Origin: a bacterium
GTDB taxonomy: Bacteria > Zhuqueibacterota > Zhuqueibacteria > Residuimicrobiales > Krinioviventaceae
NCBI GenBank assembly: GCA_029561455.1
Contig: JAKQIY010000076.1
Span: forward strand, 5,150-69,149
Direction of reading: 5' to 3'
DNA length: 64,000 nt
Position 1 is the stretch's first letter; every line of letters begins with the position of its first letter. This document shows positions 1 to 8,954 of this stretch, in pieces. Under the pieces are notes generated by a model. It was not told the origin of the DNA, did not search any database, and saw nothing but the letters and a program-made list of their open reading frames with translations. The position numbers and the translations under genes are program-made.

Positions 1-1202
1 ATATGGTTCAAGGTCAACAGTTGGGTTGTTGTGCTGCCCCAATTAGGGCTGAGGCCACCTGGCACAAACTTGTTAGTGCGGCTAAAGTATCGATCATTAT
101 AATATTCAGAAGAGTTAATACTATAGCGCATTTTGATGCTGGGAGAAACACTCCAGGTCAATTTTGCCAAACCGGTCCAGCGATCACCTTTCTGCATTGG
201 CACCAGGGAACTGTCACCCGGTACACCACTAGGTAAAAACCATTCGCGACCGTATAAAAAGCCCTCTTGTTGATAATAACGTCCGTTAACAAAAAATGAC
301 AATTTATCGCCGGTAAACGGCACCGGGCCGCTTAAACTACCCTCGATATTATAAGTGGGATTAAATTTGGTCAACGGGTCTTCGGCTTTACTGGTAATCG
401 TAGTTTTATTTGTAACTGGGTCTGTAATTGCGGTAACAGACTTTAAAACTTCATATTCGGAATCTGCGCTTAAATAATCTCCCACGTAACCTTTAAGCTC
501 GCCATGATATGCCATACCACCGTCTTTGGTAATAATATTGATAATGCCCGACATCGACTGGCCATACTCGGCATTAAAGGTTCCCGATATAACCTGCAGT
601 TCCTGTACCGCAGTGTTTTCGACAGCCGCAGTCGAATTATTGTTAAAAGCATCCGTAGTTGCTACCCCATCAACCCAGTAAGCCACTTCACTGGAACGAC
701 CGCCACGGATATGAATTCCGGAGGCGTCAACAACGCCGGCAGTGAGGGAAACCAGATAATTGGTACTTTGCGCCGGAAGTAAGGCAATTTCTTCTGAAGA
801 TACTGTGGAAAGGGACCCGGTCATATCCATCTGTACAATTGGCCGTTCGGCGATAATAGTTACTTCTCCACCTTCAAGAACGGTCATGCTTAACTTGATA
901 TTCTGCGTTGTAGTAAGATCGATATTAACTTTTAACCCTTCGATACGCTGATTTGTATATCCAATCATTTTCACAACCAGGTTATAAATTCCCGGCGGTA
1001 AGTTGATGATTTGATAAAAACCATCAATGTCGGATGCGGCGCCCATTTGGGTACCTTCGACAATGATGTTAGCTCCTGGGAGGGGTTCATTGTTTTCCAC
1101 ATCCACAATCCTGCCGGCAATTTTTCCGGTTGTGCCCGCAAAAAGCACACTTGTGCTAAAAATACATAGCAGGATGAACAGGTGTAGCAATCGTCGCTTC
1201 AT
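1..1202 (-). CDS. TonB-dependent receptor, N-terminal part (3' end runs off the window)
   Basis: Not in the ORF track because it has no stop in the window. I translated the minus strand by hand from the ATG at 1202-1200, which has GGAGAG upstream. The product begins MKRRLLHLFILLCIFSTSVLFAGTTGKIAGRIVDVENNEPLPGANIIVEGTQMGAASDIDGFYQIINLPPGIYNLVVKMIGY, a CarboxypepD_reg-like domain. It continues with Plug-like IHIRGGRSSEVAYWVDGV...LQVISGTFNAEYGQSMSGIINIITKDG. The frame was spot-checked open at several points down to nt 3. Confidence 0.85.
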   Translation of the reverse strand, partial: MKRRLLHLFILLCIFSTSVLFAGTTGKIAGRIVDVENNEPLPGANIIVEGTQMGAASDIDGFYQIINLPPGIYNLVVKMIGYTNQRIEGLKVNIDLTTTQNIKLSMTVLEGGEVTIIAERPIVQMDMTGSLSTVSSEEIALLPAQSTNYLVSLTAGVVDASGIHIRGGRSSEVAYWVDGVATTDAFNNNSTAAVENTAVQELQVISGTFNAEYGQSMSGIINIITKDGGMAYHGELKGYVGDYLSADSEYEVLKSVTAITDPVTNKTTITSKAEDPLTKFNPTYNIEGSLSGPVPFTGDKLSFFVNGRYYQQEGFLYGREWFLPSGVPGDSSLVPMQKGDRWTGLAKLTWSVSPSIKMRYSINSSEYYNDRYFSRTNKFVPGGLSPNWGSTTTQLLTLNH

Positions 1203-1337
1203 AACATGCTCTCCAATTTAAAGAATAGTGAATTAAGGTTTATGTATTTATTTATTTTATTTTATCCTCAATTTATTTATTGCCTGGTTTTTCACTTTTA
1301 TATTAATCAACACAGAACTTTTAATTCAACAGACTAG

Positions 1338-2828
1338 TCACTTTTTCACCTTTAACGGTAAATAATCTACTTTGTTATTGTCGGTAAACATTGGCCAGCG
1401 GGGAACAGTGACCGGATAAGGCTGATCTGGTTGGGTTACAAATAATTGGGTTTTGTTTATTTCAAAACGTGAATAAAGTTCGGTATTTACCTGAATTTTG
1501 GGATGGTATTGATGTAAAAGCTCTTCCAGATATTCATTGTACATTGTTGTAAGTTTGCTTTGTCGCGATAAATCGGTGGTATCGGTAAGCGCTTTTCCAA
1601 AGTTATTTAACAACTGGTTGCGTTCAAAAGCGGCTATTAAAGCATCCGACCACATTTTTGTGTCTCGCTGCACATTACTGTCTTTATCCAGACCCAATTT
1701 ATAGGCTTCTTTATTTAAATACGTATCGCGAACCAGTGCAGCTATTCCCCTTCTGAATTCCAGGTAAAACTGCCCACGGTCAAGCGCGGTTTTACGGTAA
1801 ACCAAAGGATGGGACATAAGGGCTTGACGGAAATTACCTACAGTCCATGTGGTTCCATCTACATTGAAAAAAGGCTGCTGCAGTAGTGTTTCATCATCCG
1901 GTAAATCGAAAGCGGAAAGTGTGCTGTCTTCGTTTTGAAACAAGCGGCGTATTATATCCTTATTGCTTAAATCCCGGGCGCTGTTGAGATCATAAAACAG
2001 ATCGGCTAATTTTTTAAACATATCCCGGTCAAAATCAATAGATTTACCCTTCATGACCTCACGGGTATAAGCATCCCAGTTACGCACTGCATGATTCATA
2101 GTGAGCTTTTCCACTATCTTTTGCTGCCACACCTGCTGTTCTTCACCGCCGAAATCGACAATATCTTTCCAGTTGACCACTTTGATCATCATCCAGTGTT
2201 CATCATCCACTTTTAATGGACCGACAATACTGTTCTCATGGAGTGGTTCGGAAAAAAGAGCTTCATGAATATTAATATGATCGGGGTCCCGCCATTTGGC
2301 TGTCCAGGTCGGATGCTCCCGCCCCTCAAGATATTCTGAAAAAATTTGCGGCGCCGATTGCGGGGTAGATTTGATCTGTTGCGCGATAGCTTTAGCAATA
2401 GAATCATTATATATATTAAAGAATTCCAGATCATATTCACGCTTTGATAACCTCATGGCTTTGCTAATTTCAGCGCTATCCAGTTTAACTATATTTAAAG
2501 CTTTTTTGTTAAACAACTGCTCGCGCATGGATTGCTCTTTTCTGCCCAGGATGTAACTCTGAAATCCTTCGTTGCGGGTTAATTCGCTTTGAGCGCCAAA
2601 TTCTGCAACGAGTATTTTTTCCAGAATCATATTATTCAGAAAAACCTTTTCCAAATTCCGGTCAGTTGATGGCAGATTGGGATGAATAGTAAACAGAGCC
2701 CGGTATCTGAACTCATCTTCGGTAACGTAATGACCGTCTACTTTAAAAATTATATCTTGAGGCAGGTCCTTCCTGGCACATGTCAGAAAAACAACCAATA
2801 TTGATAATAAGAGTAAAAATCGTTTCAT
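1338..2828 (-). CDS. Lipoprotein, SurA-N-terminal/degenerate parvulin-like (paralog A)
   Basis: Signal peptide with lipobox (VVFLTC). Begins FKVDGHYVTEDEFRYR, resembling a SurA N-terminal domain. The segment IHEALFSEPLHENSIVGPLKVDDEHWMMIKVV resembles the C-terminal half of a PpiC/parvulin domain. Clear paralog of 6048..7553, sharing HPLVYRK, WTVxxFR and KWxDPD motifs. Confidence 0.5.
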   Translation of the reverse strand: MKRFLLLLSILVVFLTCARKDLPQDIIFKVDGHYVTEDEFRYRALFTIHPNLPSTDRNLEKVFLNNMILEKILVAEFGAQSELTRNEGFQSYILGRKEQSMREQLFNKKALNIVKLDSAEISKAMRLSKREYDLEFFNIYNDSIAKAIAQQIKSTPQSAPQIFSEYLEGREHPTWTAKWRDPDHINIHEALFSEPLHENSIVGPLKVDDEHWMMIKVVNWKDIVDFGGEEQQVWQQKIVEKLTMNHAVRNWDAYTREVMKGKSIDFDRDMFKKLADLFYDLNSARDLSNKDIIRRLFQNEDSTLSAFDLPDDETLLQQPFFNVDGTTWTVGNFRQALMSHPLVYRKTALDRGQFYLEFRRGIAALVRDTYLNKEAYKLGLDKDSNVQRDTKMWSDALIAAFERNQLLNNFGKALTDTTDLSRQSKLTTMYNEYLEELLHQYHPKIQVNTELYSRFEINKTQLFVTQPDQPYPVTVPRWPMFTDNNKVDYLPLKVKK

Positions 2829-2898
2829 AAACTTTAAATTATTATTTCTCGCTGGTTAAAATTAATCGCCATTTAAAAAACACAATATAGATAGCACA

Positions 2899-2912
2899 AT
2901 TAAACATTTAAA
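2899..2912. promoter_or_regulatory. Candidate degenerate LacI-type operator (ATTAAACATTTAAA)
   Basis: Matches the perfect palindrome at 4409..4422 in 12 of 14 positions. Lies about 75-85 nt upstream of the 2828 start codon. Confidence 0.2.
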
Positions 2913-3153
2913 TTCCTCAATTTTTAACCGAAAAGAAACAGTAATTTTTGAGGTACGGGAACTTGACCGAGTGAACAAACATGCCATAAACATTATAAAT
3001 ATTAAGGGTATGCAGCATTAGGCTGCACACACAAGAACTCTGTATAAATGAAATTTTATAATTACATAACATAATAATCCATTTAATATAAAAACTTGAA
3101 AGAAAAAAAAAAGCCATGTTTTACAATAATATAACCATATTGCGCAATTACAC

Positions 3154-4323
3154 TCACCGCGGTTGGTGCAGTTTCCTGAATTCGCGCAGTCCTATTCCTT
3201 TCTCTTTTTTAAAATAACGTGATATATGCTCAACATCGGTAAAGTCAAAAAAAGCTGTGATCTGGGAAACAGGTAAATCCGTTTCGATAAGTAATTTTGA
3301 TATCCATTCCACCCGCACATGCCGTATTTCATCGACAATGGAGCGGTGAATGGTTTTCTGAAATCGTTGTTCCAGAGTTCTTCTGCTGACATGAGTATTT
3401 TTAACCACATCGCCGACCAAAATTTTATTTCGGGCATTATCCCTGATAAAACGTATGGCCGATACCACTTCAGAATCATTCACAGCCAGGATATCCGACG
3501 ATTGCCGTTGTACAACATGAGTCGGTGAAACGAGAATAGGGCGTCCATGCACACTTTTTTTATTGATCATTTGATCGAGTAATTTTGCGGCCTGGTAACC
3601 GGCATATTCCACATTCAGGGCTATACTGGATAACGGGGGATCGCCAATCTCACAAACCATCGGATCGTTATCGACACCGACAACGGCTACTTCTTCAGGT
3701 ACTTTAAAACCGATACGTTTGCACACTTCAAGGACGTGCTGACCCCTGTCATCATTACAGGCCAATATCCCTACCGGCTTGGGAAGCGTTTTGAGCCATT
3801 CGCTGACATGCTGTTGCTCATTCTCCCAATCATACATGTGCACATCCCGGGGCGAATTGTATGTAAAAGTTTTAAAACCGGCTTTGCTGTTGTAACGACA
3901 AAAATTAATTTTCCGCCGGTTTGACCATTCATATTGATCGAACCCGCAAAAGGCAAGATTCTTTATGCCTTTTTCAATAAAATGTTCGCTGGCCATTTTT
4001 GCAATTGCCGGAGAATCTGTCTTGATAACAGGTAAATTTTTGGGGCAGGTAAAATCGTGTTGAACAAGTATAGTGGGAATTTTGAGATCAATCAATTCAT
4101 TGCGTATATTACAATCGCGCATTATAATTCCATCGGGTTTCCAGTTGGTCAAAAGGGGTATGGAAGATTTTAAACCCATCTGTTCTTTATAAAAAGACCA
4201 GGGCCCGTGGAGACGCGAATAGCGGGCGATACCAATAATTAATTGCCGGCCAAACTCCCGGGAAGTCTCGACAAGAAGGATAATCCTCTTTATATTATAA
4301 ATATTCCTTTTAGAACGGGGCAT
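3154..4323 (-). CDS. XylR-type regulator (periplasmic-binding-protein-like sugar-sensor domain + AraC-type HTH)
   Basis: The N-terminal ~270 aa look like a LacI/PBP-like fold (ILLVETSREFGRQLIIGIARY..., GILACNDDRGQHVLE). The C-terminal AraC HTH reads HVSRRTLEQRFQKTIHRSIVDEIRHVRVEWISKLLIETDLPVSQITAFFDFTDVEHISRYFKKEKG. Confidence 0.8.
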   Translation of the reverse strand: MPRSKRNIYNIKRIILLVETSREFGRQLIIGIARYSRLHGPWSFYKEQMGLKSSIPLLTNWKPDGIIMRDCNIRNELIDLKIPTILVQHDFTCPKNLPVIKTDSPAIAKMASEHFIEKGIKNLAFCGFDQYEWSNRRKINFCRYNSKAGFKTFTYNSPRDVHMYDWENEQQHVSEWLKTLPKPVGILACNDDRGQHVLEVCKRIGFKVPEEVAVVGVDNDPMVCEIGDPPLSSIALNVEYAGYQAAKLLDQMINKKSVHGRPILVSPTHVVQRQSSDILAVNDSEVVSAIRFIRDNARNKILVGDVVKNTHVSRRTLEQRFQKTIHRSIVDEIRHVRVEWISKLLIETDLPVSQITAFFDFTDVEHISRYFKKEKGIGLREFRKLHQPR

Positions 4324-4408
4324 GAACTATACCGGATTTATCGGTCTCGATTTTAACAAGTTAAATGGTTACCAAGCGACACAAAACATCATCCTGGATG
4401 AATTGTTT

Positions 4409-4422
4409 TTTAAACGTTTAAA
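4409..4422. promoter_or_regulatory. Candidate LacI/GalR-family operator, perfect 14-bp palindrome TTTAAACGTTTAAA
   Basis: Perfect dyad with a central CG and an AAACGTTT core, as in PurR/CcpA-type operators. Lies 86-99 nt upstream of the XylR-like start (4323) and downstream of the LacI-family gene. Confidence 0.3.
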
Positions 4423-4637
4423 TTTAATCACCTACTATTGACTTTATTGTCTGCAGGTATGTTCCTTTTAATTGTTTATTTATTATGAAAAGTTAGTAAC
4501 AAATCAGGAAACATACCTCATGAAACACAACTTTTAGCCTTTCTTTATTGAGTATCAGGAATTGGGTTATTACTCGAATAGTAATTTTTATACTTTTGCC
4601 CATTTGTTTTATTAAATTGATATTAAACAATAATTCT

Positions 4638-5684
4638 TTATACATGATAAAAATCAACATTTTCTTTAGTAAGAATATCAAAGGGAACCATGATTTTATT
4701 GTTGGCTTTTTGATTTAGAGCTATAAAATTGAATAAAGAGACAATGCTTAAATAACCCTGTAATTCAGAACGTTGACTGATTAAAAAATCTATGATCCCA
4801 TCCTTTAAAAAACTTAAATTTTCTTCGATAAGATCATAACCGATCAGAAAAACTTTATGGTCGGGAGATATGTTTTTAATATGTTCAGCAACCTGATAAA
4901 TGGTTGAAATTGGTACAAAAATTCCCTGCAAATCCCGGCAATTATCCACAATCTGGTTGGTCATATTATAAAATGCCCGCTTGTCGGATATACGATCGGC
5001 AATATAAACCTCTATTTTGTTACCGGAATGTTCCTGCATATAATGCAGAAAACCGCTTACCCGGTCATTAATATGATTATCCTTGGGAATTACATTAAAG
5101 GCGGCAACAGTACCGGATTCTTTTATCAGCATGTTCATTAACTTGGCTGCCAGGATACCACTATTGTAAGACTCTTCGCCGATATAAGATATACATTTGG
5201 AATTGGGTATATAGGAATCCAGAAATACATAAGGCAATTCCGGGGGGATTTTTTTTATCAATTCTTCTGTGACATGTGAGAGTACAGGGGAAATCACAAG
5301 ACCATCCAGTTTGTTAGTTGAAAAAACCATAGTATTAAAGGCTTTTTCAAAAGAGGATTCGGAATATTTATCATAAAACGAAAAAATGGTTTTTACTTTA
5401 TAAACAGTCAATTCCTCCTTAGCTTTATTAATTCCCCGCAATGGAAGTTCCCAATATTTGCCATCCTGTGAGAATTTGGGAATCAGGACCCCGAAATGAT
5501 ATTCCCGTGTTTTGGAAAGTGACAGACTCTGCGCCAATATATTGGGTTTATAGTCAAGCTCCTTAACAATGTTCCGGATTTTAGTTTCAGTTTCCTTGGA
5601 GACACGGCCGCGGTTATGTATAACTCTATCAACCGTCCCGATTGAAACATTGGCTAGCTGGGCAATTTTTTGCAATGTAACCAT
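4638..5684 (-). CDS. LacI-family transcriptional regulator
   Basis: N-terminal HTH MVTLQKIAQLANVSIGTVDRVIHNRGRVSKETETKIRNIVKELDYKPNILAQSLS, followed by a PBP type-1 sugar-binding body. Confidence 0.9.
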   Translation of the reverse strand: MVTLQKIAQLANVSIGTVDRVIHNRGRVSKETETKIRNIVKELDYKPNILAQSLSLSKTREYHFGVLIPKFSQDGKYWELPLRGINKAKEELTVYKVKTIFSFYDKYSESSFEKAFNTMVFSTNKLDGLVISPVLSHVTEELIKKIPPELPYVFLDSYIPNSKCISYIGEESYNSGILAAKLMNMLIKESGTVAAFNVIPKDNHINDRVSGFLHYMQEHSGNKIEVYIADRISDKRAFYNMTNQIVDNCRDLQGIFVPISTIYQVAEHIKNISPDHKVFLIGYDLIEENLSFLKDGIIDFLISQRSELQGYLSIVSLFNFIALNQKANNKIMVPFDILTKENVDFYHV

Positions 5685-6047
5685 AATTTGCTTTGTTATT
5701 CCGCCTTTGGTGACAGAAGATAATTCGAAATATCATATTGGCTATAATAATTCACTTAAACCGGACTGATAAAGCCAAATAGTCTCTCGTTTTTCTTCTC
5801 TCCCGTCCAGCCGACAATACCTGGTTAAACCTGTTTTTATATGTAATTGCCAAACGGATTATATTACAAAAATTTAATTCACTGATCCAACGCCTGCAAA
5901 AAGGGTAGAAACACTAAAATACTACAAACCAATAAATCAAATATATATAAAAGCGTAACCGGACACATTAGAGTAAAATAACTTAAACATTGAAAGACAA
6001 AATGTCAAGTGGAAAAAACATTATTATGGTTTTTCTTTGCTGATATT

Positions 6048-7553
6048 TTACTGCAAAATATTTCCATAACCTAACTCGGGCTTGTTGGTAATAAATGGAA
6101 AAGTGGGTACTGCAATCGGGAATGGCACCTTTTCCTTATATACAAACATATTGACCCTGGTAAGTGGGATTTTTTCCAGTTCCGTTTGATCTAAACGAAC
6201 CGACTTGCTGTATTTTTGTTGTAATCCGGCAATATAATCTTCAAAATATTTATTCATTGCTAATGTTCTGCCGACAGAATCGGTTTTGACTTCAGCACGG
6301 GCTTTATCAAGCAGTTTATTGCGGAAATCCATGGCAACAAAGCTATCCTGCCACATTTCTTCAGTTTTCAACACTTGCGGATCTTTGTCCAATCTTTTTT
6401 TATAGGCTTCTTTGGTTAAATAATGATCGCGCACCATATCAATAACTGCATTACGGAATTGTTTGGCAAATCCGTCCCCGCTCAGGTCCATTTTACGGTA
6501 AACCAGTGGGTGCAGCATTAATTCGCGCCGGAAATCGCGAACCGTCCAAACCTTGCCATCGATTGTAAAGAATGGTTTGTCTAGTAATTCTTCTTTATTA
6601 TCCAGGTTATCAAGGTCTAAATCCTTTTCTTCAACTGTTAAAAAATCTTTGGCAATTTCCTTTTTTTCTTCCGGTTCCTTGGCCCGTAAAATTGTCAGGA
6701 ACATTTCACCAAGCTGGTTAAACGTATCTTTGTTGAATTCAATCGTTTTTCCCTTCATCACCGCAGAGACATAGTTTCCCCACTCGGCTTGGGCTTTGTT
6801 CATATGAAGTTTTTCTTCCACATCTAACCAGCGTTGAACGGATTCTTGTCCAAATTGCGGCACTGTTTTCCAGTCCACTATTTTCATTAACAGCCAGTTG
6901 TCATCCTCGATCTTTATAGGCCCGATTATGGTATCCTGGCTGAGGGGTTTTGAAAATAATGCTTCGTGCAGAGGAATGGGATCGGGATCTTTCCATTTCA
7001 CTTCATGTTCCGGAATTTTTTCACCCGCAGCAAGCTCTGTAAAAAAATCGTGCAGGGACTCGGAGTTGGAGGAAAATTCATCCCGGATCTTTTCGGCCAA
7101 TTCATCCCGGTGGATGGAATAGAACTGCACACGGTATTCACGGGTAGAAAGTAGATAGCGGTTTTTGATCTCGTTTGTATCAGGATCTGTTTTATCAAAA
7201 GCCTGGGTATAAAACAATCGTTCACGCATGGTTTGCTCTTTAATACCCTGAATATGCAAACGAAAAGTTTCCCGTTTTAATATCTCAGTATCTTTTCCGG
7301 CTTCCAACGCAAACATTTTTTCAATAAGCAGGTTATTTAACAGCGTTTTTTTATAATCCAGGTCGTTTTGCGCAGGCAAATCAGGTCGGACGGTCAATTC
7401 GATGCGGGCGCGGAAATCCTGTACCGTTATTGTCCGATCCCCTATTTTGGCGACCATTGGTTCATCGGTCTTTTGTTTTGCACAAGATAAAACCAGCAAT
7501 AAACCTATTATACCCCAAATACATACGCCTGATTTTAAACTGTTAACTCTCAT
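6048..7553 (-). CDS. Lipoprotein, SurA-N-terminal/degenerate parvulin-like (paralog B)
   Basis: Lipobox LLVLSC. Begins VAKIGDRTITVQDFRARIE. The segment LHEALFSKPLSQDTIIGPIKIEDDNWLLMKIV is parvulin-like. It is colinear with 1338..2828 along its full length. AAGAGGA Shine-Dalgarno site upstream. Confidence 0.5.
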   Translation of the reverse strand: MRVNSLKSGVCIWGIIGLLLVLSCAKQKTDEPMVAKIGDRTITVQDFRARIELTVRPDLPAQNDLDYKKTLLNNLLIEKMFALEAGKDTEILKRETFRLHIQGIKEQTMRERLFYTQAFDKTDPDTNEIKNRYLLSTREYRVQFYSIHRDELAEKIRDEFSSNSESLHDFFTELAAGEKIPEHEVKWKDPDPIPLHEALFSKPLSQDTIIGPIKIEDDNWLLMKIVDWKTVPQFGQESVQRWLDVEEKLHMNKAQAEWGNYVSAVMKGKTIEFNKDTFNQLGEMFLTILRAKEPEEKKEIAKDFLTVEEKDLDLDNLDNKEELLDKPFFTIDGKVWTVRDFRRELMLHPLVYRKMDLSGDGFAKQFRNAVIDMVRDHYLTKEAYKKRLDKDPQVLKTEEMWQDSFVAMDFRNKLLDKARAEVKTDSVGRTLAMNKYFEDYIAGLQQKYSKSVRLDQTELEKIPLTRVNMFVYKEKVPFPIAVPTFPFITNKPELGYGNILQ

Positions 7554-7824
7554 TATATTCCTCTTGCTATGTTAAACCTTTTCTTCCATTTCTGTAAAAA
7601 TTAATTAAGACAAAAAAATAAACAGCATGATGTATTTTACTTTTCTTTTCATTGTCCTATAATTTTACAAATAATCAATCCCGTTAACCGATTAAGACAA
7701 TTAATAGTAACTTGGTTGAAAACAAATTAGTTTTTTAAATATACTATAAATTTATTACAAGTAAAAGTACAAGATGTAAAAAAATGTGATGCGAACTAGA
7801 GGCAGGTGACGATATTTTACCGGA

Positions 7825-7840
7825 CTGAACAATTGTTCAG
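7825..7840. promoter_or_regulatory. Perfect 16-bp palindrome CTGAACAATTGTTCAG in a divergent intergenic region
   Basis: Read directly from the sequence. Lies about 155 nt upstream of the 7994 (+) start and about 270 nt upstream of the 7553 (-) start. Confidence 0.25.
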
Positions 7841-7993
7841 ATATGTGGTTAATTTGAATATTTATGGAATTTTATAACAAATCTTCTTTTAAGCAAAGTT
7901 CCTATGAAAACCCAGATTTGATTTGTTTGTTAAACGGATTTTTTGTATTATGAAAAAAGTATGGCAGTAAATTAAAAATTCCGGGAGGTATAT

Positions 7994-8797
7994 ATGAAAC
8001 TGCAAAGAGGCATGTTATTTATATCTATACTGATTTTTACATTATCATGCACAAAAATTGAACCGGGGTTTGAATTTCAAAAAGCTGGCAGTTCAAAAAA
8101 AAGCACATCACTACAAAATGCCGAGATTGAAAAAATGCGCCGGGAAGTTGCAAGCCGGCTCGATTCTCTGCGCATCAGGGAAAAGATGCTTTTGCAAAAG
8201 GAAACCTCCCTCGATTCCCTGCAATACACGTTGAAACTGCGGGAAATAATGCTCAAAGAAAAAGAGGATACAGTCAAAATAATGCGGTTGATTTCCTTTT
8301 TCATTTTATTTATCGGCATTGTTTTAACTGCTGTTGGCACATATTTATTGCTTCAGATCAGAAAAAAAACACTACCCGGCAGCGCTCCGACTCACAAAGA
8401 ACTCTTTCCCATTCAGCTAAATAAAACGGCGGCAGAAAACGGTAAAGAGCCGGTAACGATTTTAGCACCGGTAAGAGCAGAACCGGAAAAAACTGTGCAA
8501 ATGAATATGAAACCGGGTAACGCTAAAGCGCGTTCCTCAAAAAAGCAGACTGTTGATAGCAAAGAACAAACTGGTGAGATATTAAAACCACAACCAAACA
8601 AAGCCGGCCGTCAACAAAACGCGGTTAAACCAGTTACAACAAAAACATCTCCGGGGGCTAAAAAAGCGGCTGCACCTAAAAAACAAACCCGCAAACCTGC
8701 CGTTGCTGCTAATAAAATTAAAAAAACCGGGATAAAGCGATCCCCGGCAGGTAATAAAAAGCAGCAACAAACCACCAATGAAAAAGAGCAGTCATGA
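7994..8797 (+). CDS. Hypothetical membrane/lipoprotein with coiled coil, one internal TM helix and a Lys/Pro/Ala-rich basic tail
   Basis: GGGAGG Shine-Dalgarno site 5 nt upstream. Lipobox ILIFTLSC. Heptad-like segment EIEKMRREVASRLDSLRIREKMLLQKETSLDSLQYTLKLREIMLKEKED. TM helix LISFFILFIGIVLTAVGTYLLL. Tail reads KKAAAPKKQTRKPAVAANKIKKTGIKR. Confidence 0.6.
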   Translation: MKLQRGMLFISILIFTLSCTKIEPGFEFQKAGSSKKSTSLQNAEIEKMRREVASRLDSLRIREKMLLQKETSLDSLQYTLKLREIMLKEKEDTVKIMRLISFFILFIGIVLTAVGTYLLLQIRKKTLPGSAPTHKELFPIQLNKTAAENGKEPVTILAPVRAEPEKTVQMNMKPGNAKARSSKKQTVDSKEQTGEILKPQPNKAGRQQNAVKPVTTKTSPGAKKAAAPKKQTRKPAVAANKIKKTGIKRSPAGNKKQQQTTNEKEQS

Positions 8798-8902
8798 TTT
8801 TTTAATAAATAGATATTGTAGAACGCAAAGGAGGCTTTATAATATACACCAGGTGAAGATATGTAACCTTAATTAATACAGAATGCAAAGTCGAAACAAA
8901 AA

Positions 8903-8932
8903 AGAGCCGGCATCCTTACAGATACCGGCTCT
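8903..8932. terminator. Bidirectional rho-independent terminator between convergent genes
   Basis: AGAGCCGGCATC-cttaca-GATACCGGCTCT forms a 12-bp stem with one mismatch. It is flanked by an A-run on the left and TTATTTTA on the right. Confidence 0.7.
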
Positions 8933-8954
8933 TTATTTTAAGGGGAGGTATTAT

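Noticed and set aside
3-951. Small plus-strand ORFs at the window start (3..236, 504..782, 760..951, 1027..1221).
   Set aside because: They overlap the hand-translated minus-strand TonB-dependent receptor, whose CarboxypepD_reg and Plug motifs are unambiguous.
1203-1337. Possible riboswitch or leader upstream of the TonB-dependent receptor (for example cobalamin).
   Set aside because: The 135-nt spacer is almost pure A/T with TTTA-type low-complexity repeats. It has none of the GC-rich conserved cores expected of known riboswitches.
2917-3117. 66-aa minus-strand ORF in the 325-nt spacer between the XylR-like gene and lipoprotein paralog A. The 62-aa ORF at 4493..4681 is similar.
   Set aside because: The sequence is AT-rich and low-complexity (MAFFFLSSFYIKW...). 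There is no Shine-Dalgarno site and no motif. It is most likely non-coding spacer.
4455-4518. Inverted repeat AGGTATGTTCC ... GGAAACATACCT separated by about 41 nt, between the LacI-family stop and the XylR-like start.
   Set aside because: The stem is imperfect (one indel), the loop is large and AT-rich, and no U-tract follows. It is not convincing as a terminator or riboswitch. It is noted only as a possible weak structure.
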